Shown here piece by piece: positions 37,972-50,100 of a stretch of 64,000 nucleotides of DNA (position 1 is its first letter; each line of letters starts with the position of its first letter). The notes below the pieces were generated by a model. It saw only the letters and a list, made by a program, of their open reading frames with translations. It searched no databases and was not told the origin of the DNA. Both the position numbers and the translations under genes were made by a program. This stretch comes from Octopus sinensis (taxonomy: Eukaryota), in contig NC_043008.1 of the NCBI RefSeq assembly GCF_006345805.1, positions 10,044,001-10,108,000 on the forward strand, given 5' to 3'.

Positions 37972-39900
37972 ATACATACATGCATATACACATACATATA
38001 CACATACATATATGCATATACACATACATATACACATACATATATGCATATACACATACATATACACATACATATATGCATATACACATACATATACACA
38101 TATATGCATATACACATACATATACACATATATGCATATACACATACATATACACATATACACATACATATACACATATATGCATATACACATATATGCA
38201 TATACACATATATGCATATACACATATATGCATATACACATATATGCATATACACATACATGCATATACACATACATATATACATATATGCACATACATA
38301 TATACATATGCACATACACATACACATATATGCACATACACATACATATATGCATATGCACATACATATATGCATATGCACATACATATATGCATATACA
38401 CATACATATATGCATATACACATACATATATGCATATACACATACATATATGCATATACACATACACATATACACATACACATATGCGCATACATATATG
38501 CACATATATGCATATACGCATACATATATGCACATGCATATACGCATACATATACGCACATGCATATACGCATACATATACGCACATGCATATACGCATA
38601 CATATACGCACATGCATATACGCATACATATACGCACATGCATATACGCATACATATACGCATACACACATGCATACATGCATATACACATACACACATG
38701 CATACATGCATATACACATGCACACATGCATACATGCATATACACATGCACACATGCATACATGCATATACACATGCACACATGCATACATGCATATACA
38801 CATGCACACATGCATACACACATGCACACATGCATACACACATGCACACATGCATACACACATGCACACACACACATACACACATGCACACACACATACA
38901 CACATACACACATGCACACACACATACACACATACACACACACATACACACACACATACACACATGCACACACACATACACACATGCACACACACACATG
39001 CACACACACATACACACATGCACACACACATACACACATGCATACACACATACACACATACACACATACACACACACATACACACATACACACACGCATA
39101 TACACATACACACACGCATATACACATACACACACGCATACACACATGCATATACACATACACACATGCATACACACATGCATATACACATACACACATG
39201 CATATACACATACACACATGCATATACACATACACACATGCATACACACATACACACATGCATACACACATACACACATGCATATACACATACACACATG
39301 CATATACACATACACACATACACACATGCATATACACACATACACACATGCATATACACATACACACATACATACATGCATATACACATACACACATACA
39401 TACATACATACATGCATATACACATACACACATACATATATGCATATACACATACACACATACATATATGCATATACACACATACATATATGCATATACA
39501 CATACACACATACATATACACATACACATATACATATACACATACACATATACATATACACATACACATATACATATACACATACACATATACACATACA
39601 TATATACATATATGCATATACACATACATATATACATATATGCATATACACATACATATATACATATATGCATATACACATACATATATACATATATGCA
39701 TATACACATATATGCATATACACATACATATATGCATATACACATACATATATACATATATGCATATACACATACATATATACATATACACATACATATA
39801 TACATATATGCATATACACATACATATATACATATATGCATATACACATACATATATACATATATGCATATACACATACATATATACATACAAATATACA
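37970..39900. repeat. ~1.9 kb complex alternating purine-pyrimidine (TA/CA/TG/CG) satellite
   Basis: Direct reading; the six >600-aa H/I/Y/T/C/V/M ORFs are artefacts of it. Confidence 0.95.
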
Positions 39901-41686
39901 GAGAGAGATTGATTTATATTAAGGGGATTACTACACGTCTCACGCTAGGAGGGACTCAAAGTCAAAACTACCTTAAACACATTTTGTACCGAACACGAGG
40001 GAATGCAACTCTCAAAGCGATCCTTTTAAAAACAGATTCAGCAGCAAATCATATGATTTCATAATTAGCGCACAAAATGCACTTTTTAATCGTCAGTGCA
40101 AGCATAATCAAGACACATAAAAATGAAAAAAAAATCAGCACACCAGATGAACATCAAAATGTATCCAGCATAGTACATAGAATTGTTCACACTTATATAT
40201 CTATGTAAGAGGCAGGCTTTTCGAATTACATCTCAGTACATGTGTTTATTCAGAATAAAATTCAGTACTGAATTAGCAGGAGGCCCACATATTCTACCCA
40301 ATATATGTTCAAATGGGCCAGATTCAGCCTCTCACACTAACCCAACATTGCCCTTCTAAACATAAAGTCACATCATTAAAATCTTGCAGCTACAAAATAA
40401 TGCAGGATTAATTCAAAACAATGTGAATAAGCAAGCATTACATTTGGTGAGTAATTTGAATGCTCAAGGGTTCCACGACACAGGGCACCATGGCATGGCC
40501 CAAGAACTACTGAACGTAGAATAGAAACTGGTTGGCCTTGACAGAAGACCAACACAATGCATCTTGTGATTTCCAAAGGAAGGTTAACTAAAAGAAAAAA
40601 ACAAAAACAAAGGAACGACACCATTTATAGCAATGAAAGTATATCAGTTTTATTATGTAAAAATGGTTGTTCTACAAATTACTTCAATATTCCTTTTTAA
40701 ATGCAAGGCTTATTTACAAAATTCCCTTCAGATTCTGAATTTTAGAAAATGGTTATGTTAGATATAAATTCTTCCAATAAATGAAAAAAAAATCAACTGG
40801 TGTCAATTTTGGTTAAAGAAAACGGTTTTTTTTTTTTTTTAAATACATTTTGTCCTTTTATATCAAAAGATTAAAGTCATTTCATTCGTAAGGAGGGGCT
40901 GGAGATGTTTTGCCAATTACACAGTGTAACAAAAATTTTATCTTTTTTTTTGTCTGAGCAGTAAGAGTTATTTCCTGTTTGCTTCTTCTATCTAGAAATC
41001 AAAGGAAATGACTACCATTCCCTTCACCCTTTGCTTTTGTGACCTGAACATCAATGTTTTAAAACTGGCCTATTTTCCACAACATTTCAGTGCTGAGTTG
41101 CTGAAGCAGAAATATAGCAAATATTCTGCTCAATACCACAGTTGATTGACCTTAACCGCTCGAGTATGTCCCTCGGTGGATGACAAAATGTGCATCTCTG
41201 ATGATGAGCAGTGGGGGGAGCTTCATAGCCATGTGTTGAGAGGGATTCTTTGGAGGTTTGAATAAATGTAACAAAAGCAAAATTTGAAGGTAATATTAGC
41301 CAATTTTCATACCGTTTAGGGGTAAGTAAATAGGAAATAACAAGGACATAAATTGTGTTACACAGTTATTTACACCAGTTCAATACTAGTTTGATAACAG
41401 TTCAATATCAGAACTGATACGTTAAGTAACAAATGTGATGGTAGAACATCACAACAGAAAAATTGTTTGGTTTTGGGTTTTTTTGATTTTTTTAAAAATC
41501 TTTAGTCTAAAGTTTAATCTTTAGTCTTTCAGAAACAAATTAGTTACAAATTGCCGAACAGTGCACTACTGTGAATGCTGTTTAAGTTATTTAGGGCTGA
41601 ACCACAGCTTCAAGAAAACGGTCGACAGTGGAAATATGGTTAAGTGTCATCCTTAGAATTCTTGTAACAGCTTTGAATCTCTAGAA

Positions 41687-41751
41687 TCAGCTTTCCACCT
41701 GCGGACTTTTTAATTCGGTTGATTCTTTGGCAACTCCTTCGAGAATTGTAT
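41687..41751 (-). CDS. Kelch-repeat protein, terminal coding exon (DTILEGVAKESTELKSPQVES*)
   Basis: Acceptor tctcttcag|AT, phase 1 matching the preceding exon; TGA at 41689-41687. Confidence 0.7.
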
Positions 41752-42326
41752 CTGAAGAGAATCAGAAAAAAAAAAAAAAAATTTCGTATACAGACAATAA
41801 CAACACAAACAACTACAGAGCTTCTAAGAAGTCTCTGAATGTGCTAGAAATAACATTCAAAACGTAATTACATCCAAAAGTCAAACTGTGTTTTCTACAA
41901 CATGATGGTCATGGCTGGAACAACAACCAGTAAGTCTACTCAGTCAAGGAAGACCTGGAGCCAGACAACTGTCATCATAAGTTGAGGGATCCTGTACAAG
42001 GTTATTCGAGTTGCAAGAAACAACAGCCAAAGCTCCCTCAAAACCACACTTTAAAGAAAGGCTGGTTATTTAATGCAGTCCTAGACTGAATGGAAGAGAT
42101 GGATTGTCATTCATCGTAGAATTTCAAAAATGGCAGTAGAAACTCTGCCAGATCAGATTGGAGCCTTGTGCAGCCATCTGGTTCACCAGACCTCAGTCAA
42201 ATCGTCCAACCCATGCCAGCATGGAAAGCAGACGTTAAACGAGGATGATGATGATGACGTCATTGAACTCTCAAAGCTACGAGACAATGCAGCTGCAATT
42301 CAAAATAATATGGATATATAAACATA

Positions 42327-42712
42327 GGCGCAGGAGTGGCTGTGTGGTAAGTAGCTTGTTTACCAACCACATGGTTCCAGGTTCAGTCCCACTGCGTGGC
42401 ACCTTGAGCAAGTGTCTTCTACTATAGCCTCGGGCCGACCAAAGCCTTGTGAGTGGATTTGGTAGACGGAAACTGAAAGAAGCCCGTCGTATATATGTAT
42501 ATATATATGCGTTTGTGTCTGTCCCCCTAGCATTGCTTGACAACCGATACTGGTGTGTTTATGTCCCCGTCACTTAGCGGTTCGGCAAAAAAGACCGATA
42601 GAATAAGTACTGGGCTTACAAAAGAATAAGTCCCGGGGTAGAGTTGCCCGATTAAAAGGTGGTGCTCCAGCATGGCCGCAGTCAAATGACTGAAACAAGT
42701 AAAAGAGTAAGA
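42327..42712 (+). mobile_element. Full-length family B (CORE-like) SINE; copies also at ~48258-48623, 51687-52010, 52526-52912, 54973-55352 (+) and 22963-23102, 34040-34240 (-)
   Basis: GGCGCAGGAGTGGCTGTGTGGTAAG head, GGTTCAGTCCC B box, CACCTTGAGCAAGTGTCTT core, (AAAGAGT)n-type tail. Confidence 0.9.
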
Positions 42713-42844
42713 GAGAGAGAGAGTATTACATTTGACAGGGAAATCTGAACCTTTTAAGGGTCTTAAGGGTCAACACTTTCAGGGATCAAGATTGGAGATA
42801 AACAACAACAAAGCTGATTGAATAAAGGAATCAAAAGGGTTTAC

Positions 42845-43018
42845 CTATTTTTGCAACATATGTGTCAGTGAAGTGTTTCTGGCATTGCATCAAGGTGGTA
42901 TCAAATTGAGAAGAGCCTCCATGGACCACTAACACGTCACCACACACAACTACTGAATGCTGACCCCGAGCAGACGGGATATCACCAAACACGGTTGGCT
43001 GTAACCAGTGGTTCTTTT
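42845..43018 (-). CDS. Kelch-repeat protein exon (EKNHWLQPTVFGDIPSARGQHSVVVCGDVLVVHGGSSQFD...TDTYVAKI)
   Basis: AG/GT boundaries, 174 nt, phase 1-1, kelch W..P.AR..H....GG motif. Confidence 0.92.
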
Positions 43019-43198
43019 CTGAAATGGAAACCAAAGCAATTAAATTGTTATGTCATCATTTTACTATAATGTCCGTCTGTGTGTCTGTGCCCTATTCACA
43101 GTCAAATGGCAGGACCAATGGTCACAATGTTTTTCAGGATTATGAAGAAGGAAATCAGGAAGGTTTTTAGCGAAAAAAAATGTGAAAAAGTTTGATTA

Positions 43199-44634
43199 CC
43201 GTATTTGCCACACCCCTGATTTTCAGTCCCCGATGGGGGAAATAAATGGGAGGATACCAGAAATAACTGGGGCTAATGGAAAGGGAGAAATGTAGGATGA
43301 ATACAAACTTCAATTTCATGATGATTTCATATTTAACCCTTTTGTTACTGTATTTATTTTGAGATGCTCTGTGTTTCTTTCAATTACTTTAAATATAACG
43401 AGGAATTTAGTAAAATAACTTCGTTATCATTAAGCTAGTGTTAGGAACATAAATTGTGACTATGGTTTGGTGGAAGATTTTGATTCAAAACTTATGAAAA
43501 CAAGACATTTGTATTCAGAGCCAGAGGTGGTTTCAGCCGGGTTGGTAACGAAAGGGTTAAACATTTCCGACTGCAATCATTGATATTCATAATTATTAAA
43601 AGAAAAAATCCAGGTTTTAAATGCAAGAGATAAGAGAACGTCTTTTTATTATGTGTGTTTATACGATTTATTCATATTGTGACCTATATATATTCTTTCT
43701 TGAAAATGTGTGGTCCTAACAAGGACCGGCCCTAATGGGTAGAGACTTCACTCAAAGCCCAAGAACTTTACATCATCAGACAACCCATGGAAGACCTCAT
43801 AGAGTCGATCGCCAGCATAGGCCAATTCACCCTTGTCATCACTGAAGTCAGAATAGTCAGAGTTGGGAGAGAGACATCGTCATCTTCCCACAAGATGTCA
43901 TTTTCTGTGCTATCAAGCGCATTCGATATGCAGCACTTGAGGAAAGCCCACTTGATGTCTTCTGGAATCTCCTCCCAGACCTTCAGGATCCACTCGTAGA
44001 TTGTCCCCCAAGTCATTTTTTTTTTGTGCGCCTGGTCTTTGTCGTCTCCTTCAGTGCATTGGTCATCCAATCCTCCCAGCAATGCTTGAGACGGTCCTTA
44101 AATGGTTTGTTGATTGTAACATCAAAGAGTTGAAGACAGGATGCCATTCCCCTCCTGGGGATAATTGCCAAGTCGATGTTCAGACAATATATCTTTGCCT
44201 TGGTTTCTTCTGACTTGTGGCATCTAAATACGTCCAGAACCAAGAGATTCCTTTGATGCAGTCCACTGATGCATCACCCCCACACTATCTGAAGCCAGCC
44301 CACGATGAGTGCCTGATCCATTTAGCCTTTCATTAGGGCTCAAACGTCCCTCTTCTACAGGGCTGCAGCACCATCGAAGCAGAGGCTGCAACTGAGACGA
44401 CCCCTGTACATGTTGGCTTGAAATGCGTAATGTTAAAGGAGCATGTGTGACAGACAAAATGGACGATGATACTGAAATAGGAATATTTAAACAGTCTTCT
44501 TTACTAGTTTTAATAGCAAGAATTGTAAGGGGGTTTTAGACCGACTTTTCCTAGTACCTGTGTATAAACCGCACCCGCTTTTTCCTGGATTTTCTCATCT
44601 GAAAAAAGTTCAGTTAATACACTGGCAAATACTA
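43199..44634 (-). mobile_element. Degenerate pogo/Tigger-type DNA transposon
   Basis: Ends TA|CCGTATTTGCC ... GGCAAATACTA|TA. Minus fragments VLDVFRCH, IIP..LQLFDVTINKPFKDRL, WILKVWEEIP..AFLKCCISNALD match the pogo DDE_1 C-terminal half. Confidence 0.85.
43337..43556. mobile_element. piggyBac-like MITE nested in the pogo element
   Basis: TTAA|CCCTTTTGTTAC ... GTAACGAAAGGG|TTAA (11/12 TIR match, TTAA TSD). Confidence 0.85.
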
Positions 44635-45182
44635 TATTTAGTGGATATTGAGGGGTAAATGTTCAGATTACGGGGGTAAAAAAGGTAAATTAAGGGGGAG
44701 ATAACTAATAAAAACAAAGGAAAATCGACTTATGTCTGTGCCTGTTCCTTTTCACAGTCAAACGGCGGGACCAATGGTCACAATGTTTTTCAGGATTATA
44801 AAGGAGGTAATCAGGAAAAAAATGTGAAAAAGTATGATTATTTAGTGAATATTGAGTTTTGTATAAATAAATCACCTTTGATTTTTTTTTTTTTTTGTTA
44901 AAATTCCAACAACGAGGATTAACTCTGGATTTCCCCACCGTATAGTTCGTGAATTTAGAGGGCTTACACTTGCAATACTATCCCTTTATTTCCCATCACA
45001 GATGGGCAGATTCCTAAAGATTCCACTCGCACATTCACAGCAAATAAGGCACAAGGCCAGACTTCAGATTGTGTAGGTGTATTTTTACCCACTCCGATGT
45101 TTACACACGGCCAGTTTATATGTCGCTATGAGTAGAGCAACGGACTCCAGTAATTTTTATATTAGTGTCGCCCAAACAGAAA

Positions 45183-45263
45183 ATATTGTCTACAATGAAG
45201 TTTTGTAATCATTGATATTATCCAAAAGGAATAATGATTACAAAACTTCTTTGTAGACGATAT
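45183..45263. repeat. 81-nt near-perfect hairpin (31-bp arms)
   Basis: ATATTGTCTACAATGAAGTTTTGTAATCATT / AATGATTACAAAACTTCTTTGTAGACGATAT, 29/31 complementary. Confidence 0.85.
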
Positions 45264-47036
45264 GATTAGTAATTTAAATAAGGAAATTTGTGAACTTTGA
45301 ATGTATAAGAGTATAACAAGCGTAAATTAGTGTAAACAGCTGAAATAAAGGTATATCTATATAACATTTCTTTTTAATACTTTTTATATATTGTGGTTGA
45401 AAGAATCTCCTGCTTTCGTTAGGAGTGGTCCACATAACCATTCATAATACAGAGGCTGGGAGCCTATTTCAGTTTGGGAGTGAATTGTCATCACATGTCA
45501 TATGGCTGCAATAGAATGCTGTATCATCATCATCATCATCGTTTAAACGTCCGTTTTCCGCGCTAGCACGGGTTGGACGGTTTCGACCGGGGTCTGGGGA
45601 GCTCGGGACTGCCCCAGGCTCCAGTCTAGTCTGGCAGTGTTTCTACAGCTGGATGCCCTTCCTAACGCCAACCACTCTGCGAGTGTAGTGGGTGTTTTTT
45701 TTTACGTGCCACCTGCACAGGTGCCAGAGGGGTCTGGCATCGGCCACGTTCGGATGGTGCTTTTTATGGGGGGGGTGCAGAAATATAGGGGAGCACCAGT
45801 GGGAGGGGTGGTTCAGAGGACAGGTTCTAGGCAAGTAGAACGTAGATATCGAGAGAGGGGTAATGCATGGTGAAATAGCATATTGAAGAGGGGGGTTCAA
45901 AGAGTAGACACCTATAATGGTGGTGGGAGAAACGACATCCGGTATAGTTGGAGCAAAATAGAGATATCCGGTATTGGTGGTGGGGGTGGGTAGGGCGGGC
46001 GCGCCGCGAAGAATCGGCGGCCAATTCGATCAGCTCTGTAAGGGAGATCTTAAATATCTATAACGATAACTAATGAATTATACAGAATATGCAAAAACGA
46101 GGCGAGGCTGAAATAGTAAACAGAGTGGCGACTAGGGGCATCAGAATAATAATAAATAATAATAATAAATAGAGATACGGGATGAATTAAAGTTCAAAGA
46201 TTTCTTATCTTGGGATCACTTCGTTTACGGACAGACTTGGCAAAAGGAATTCGAAATCAAGAATGAGGCAGGTTACTAGCTTAAGTATGCATAGCCATAT
46301 CACCAACAATAATGGGATTTCTCAAAGACACCACACAGTAATCTATCAAGTCCATTTACACATTTCTCAACACATACTGCCGTTATGACTTCCCTCCCTC
46401 ATTTTATGCCTCCATCGTATATGGGTAGATTTGTGGGTGTCACTAGTTACTAAATTCTTCATTGATCCTTCCATTGATTTTTAATCTTTCTAATCGCTCA
46501 AAAACACCAGCCACACAGATATAGTTAAGTGGCTGTTAATGTGTTCAACAAAATTGGAAATATTTTAGTTGGTATGAAAAGTCTTAAAACAAAAAGACAA
46601 ATCAATATTTAAATATTTGTTTAAAAGCAAAAATTTCATTGAAATTTAAATTATTTTTATCTGAAGCGAAAATAATTGCGAAAGTATTTAGCACGAGTAA
46701 GGAACTGAGAATTTTCGAGTTGGTCTGCAGTATTTTGGATGTGAACTCGTGTGTTAAGAGTTACTCCCCCTTTACTGTGCCAAACTTCGATTTTTTTTTA
46801 TTTGTCTTGTCATCCTACTAAATTTTTTGATGGGGACTAGGAAAAAATTAATTAGCTCTACTTATACCGAATATAATAATTTGTATACATTTCTTCAGCC
46901 CCAATAATAATTTAAACTTAAAACTCAGGGAAGAAAAAATAAATGAGCAGCAGTTCACCAGAATACCTTTAATAAAATTATCAAAAATAGTTTGAGGAAA
47001 ACCCTTTTTGAAAAAATCCAAAAAACCTGAACTTAC

Positions 47037-47192
47037 CCAAATCTAAAATGTGCATATCAGCAAAATGGCTTTCAGACTGGCCCCTACCACCCATCACGGC
47101 CATACGGTCACCGATCATCACAGCTGCGTGGTAGGAACGAGCAGCTGGGTTGCGGCCCTTTAGATTGTCAAGTGGCGACCATTTTCTGGTGT
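47037..47192 (-). CDS. Kelch-repeat protein exon (DTRKWSPLDNLKGRNPAARSYHAAVMIGDRMAVMGGRGQSESHFADMHILDL)
   Basis: aatttcag|AC ... TTG G|gtaagt, 156 nt, phase 1-1. Absent from the supplied ORF track. Confidence 0.92.
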
Positions 47193-50100
47193 CTGAAATT
47201 GAAAAAAAATATCAATAAATAAATAACAAGACACATTCGAAGCAGATTTCACAAGAAAGATTAAAGAATAACGAACTAATTGGTTTAATCAAGCAACAAA
47301 CAGAAGGCATCCAAGATCATCTACGACCACTCCAAACTAATAAAGGACGCGGTTCTATATTTCCTTCTATTTACTGAATGCAACAGTTATATTTCAAAAG
47401 AAATATTCCAACAGCCACATTTCAAACCATTTTTAAAACAAAAACAAGGAATTCTTGGGAGCCTCTTCACAAACTTTGGTTTTGTTCATTCCTGTTTTAA
47501 CATCAATTCTTTCCTTTAGTTGGAAATGATCTCATGTAAACTATTCTTTACTATTTGTAAAATCTCCCAACAAGCGATATTCAGCAACAGTACGCTACAG
47601 TAAAGACTATTTCAAAGACTGCTGCACATAAAAGATCATATTTATATCTCTAAATCCAGCCGTCACACATCTCCACCCCTACCCCCACCACAATTTCAAG
47701 GAATAAAAACCAAATGACCAGCAGAATTTGAACCCAGATCGGTGAAGTATCTATTCTACAACAGAACACCCTCATCTGAACTATTTACACTAATTAAACT
47801 TACTGCCAACACCTTGACTCCAATGGCTTCCTAGTCATTCACAAACACAAAAACTTAACTTCATTCAAGTACTTATTAGTACGAAGATTTTTGCTGCACC
47901 AACTGCAACCTGGTCATTTGTATTATTCCACTGCACCTGGCTTGTGATGAAGTTGTTTGTTGGTAATATAGGCTCAAAAGACTATGAACCACTTGTCCTA
48001 TGTAGGTCAACCGTTCTGGTTGGACGCTCGTAATTGGTCAGTTAACTCAGTATTTGGTTGCATTCCACATTCTCTTCTTTTCCTTTGGCATTGTATACAA
48101 TAAGTTAGGAGGTCAATCTACTGACTCACCGGAACTGCAGCGATGACTAATTGCAATCGGTGCAAAATTCTGACAGATAATGTTTCAGTTAACAATTTGT
48201 GTTTCTAAATGGTTGAATGTATCTTCCACACTGCAATCATTTTAGTTTCAACAGTCTAGGAGTGGTTATGTGCTAAGCAGCTTGCTTAGCAACCACATGG
48301 TTCCAGGTTCAGTCCCACTATGTGGCATCTTGGGCAAGTGTCTTCTACTATAGCCTTAGGCTGACCAAAGCCTTGTGAGCAGATTTGGTAGACGGAAACT
48401 GAAAGAAGCCCGTCGCATATGTGTGTGTGTGTCTCCCCCAACATTGCTTGACAACTGATGCTGCTGTGTTTAGGCCCCCATAACTTAGTGGTTCAGCAAA
48501 AGAGACTGATGGAATAAGTACTAGGCTTACAAAGAATAAGTCCTGGGGTCGATTTACTCGACTAAAGGCAGTGCTCCAGCATGGCCACAGTCAAATGACT
48601 GAAACAAGTAAAAGAGTAAAGAGTCTCAGATCAACTTACTTGCCTGGCAAGTAAATCTCTCAACTTCCAAGTCAGATGCCTGTTCTCCACCCTCCACTTT
48701 TTTTTAAAGCTTAAACCTTTAGTGTTTAAACCAGCCATAATATTCTGCTTTATCATCAAACTGGTCAGATATGGTGATTCATAGCTACATTGCAGTGTCA
48801 TTTTAAAAATCACATCATTGAAATCATCAAAGCCACACAAAATTTACATTTGACAGAATAATTTGAATGCTAAAGGGTTAATGACCAATTAGAACCAGAT
48901 TCCATCCATCATACCTTACAAACATGTCCAAAACATGTATCATCATTTAACAGGTTTCCTATGGGTTGGACAGTTTTTAACAGTAGCTGGCCTGCTGGAG
49001 GGCTGCACCAGGCACAAGACATCCGTTTTGGTATGATTTCTACATCTGGATGCCCTATGGTCAACCACTTTACAGAGTGCAATAGGTGCCTCTTACATGG
49101 CACTAGTAAGCATGCCTTCTACATGTAAACAGCATGCATGCCTCTTACGTAGCATGCCTCTTAATTAAATTTAATTAGTTTCTGCCATGTTATAAATCTG
49201 TTCAAGCAGTCTCATTATGAAAACTAAAACAGCAAATTCATTAAGGATTTTCATTGGAAATCAAACAATGCCTGGAAATAATTCCAAAGAAGCAAATTGA
49301 GCAGAACAGCAGAGGACCAGGCTACAGGTTTTACTCTATTCAGAACCATATTTCACTCATCTAAATTCTAATATCATTGAGCTTAACTATTTTAACTCTC
49401 AACCAAAAGCCAATAATAAACTACTAGTTAAAAACCAGTTAATTTGATCACTCCTAAATAAACCAAATCAAATCAAATACTCAGGAGGATTCAACCACTA
49501 TCAAAAGTCCTCCTCTTACAAATTAGTGATTTCTTAGTGTTACAAGACCACAAAGTTGAAAAATATCAACTTCACCACAAAATACAATATCAAATCACTG
49601 CAGGCTTCAAAAGGTCATTCTATTGAACCATTGCAATCTTCTAAAACACTTCTGAATGCTTACAAGCTGTGCATAGCTACACATGCTATCTATTTACAGC
49701 TGCAAGTCAACAAGGAAGTGTCTATAAGCTAAAAATAGCAACCAACTAACACTTTAAATCACATCCCACTGTCTTAGACAAAATAAAGAGGGGTCAGCAA
49801 TAATGTCACAAAATGGGATATTCATAGCTAGAATGTCTAATGTCTGCTTATTTAGGGCTGGCCTAGAGTCAAACAACCTATCTACAGATAAAAAAAAAAA
49901 AGATGTCTTGACCTTAACAAGACAGGAACATAAAAACCTTGCAATTGTTAGATTATTATTTTAACCTTTTAGCATTTAAACTGGTTAGGTCCAGCACAAA
50001 TATTCTACCAATTTTATGTTCAAAATAGCTAGATCTAGCCTCTTACACTCACCCTACAATGTCATTCTAAAAATGAACAGCCACATCAATAAAATGAAAT

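Noticed and set aside
37916-40064. Six ORFs of 620-710 aa
   Set aside because: Stop-free only because RY-alternating repeats cannot form stop codons; low-complexity H/I/Y/T or C/V/M products.
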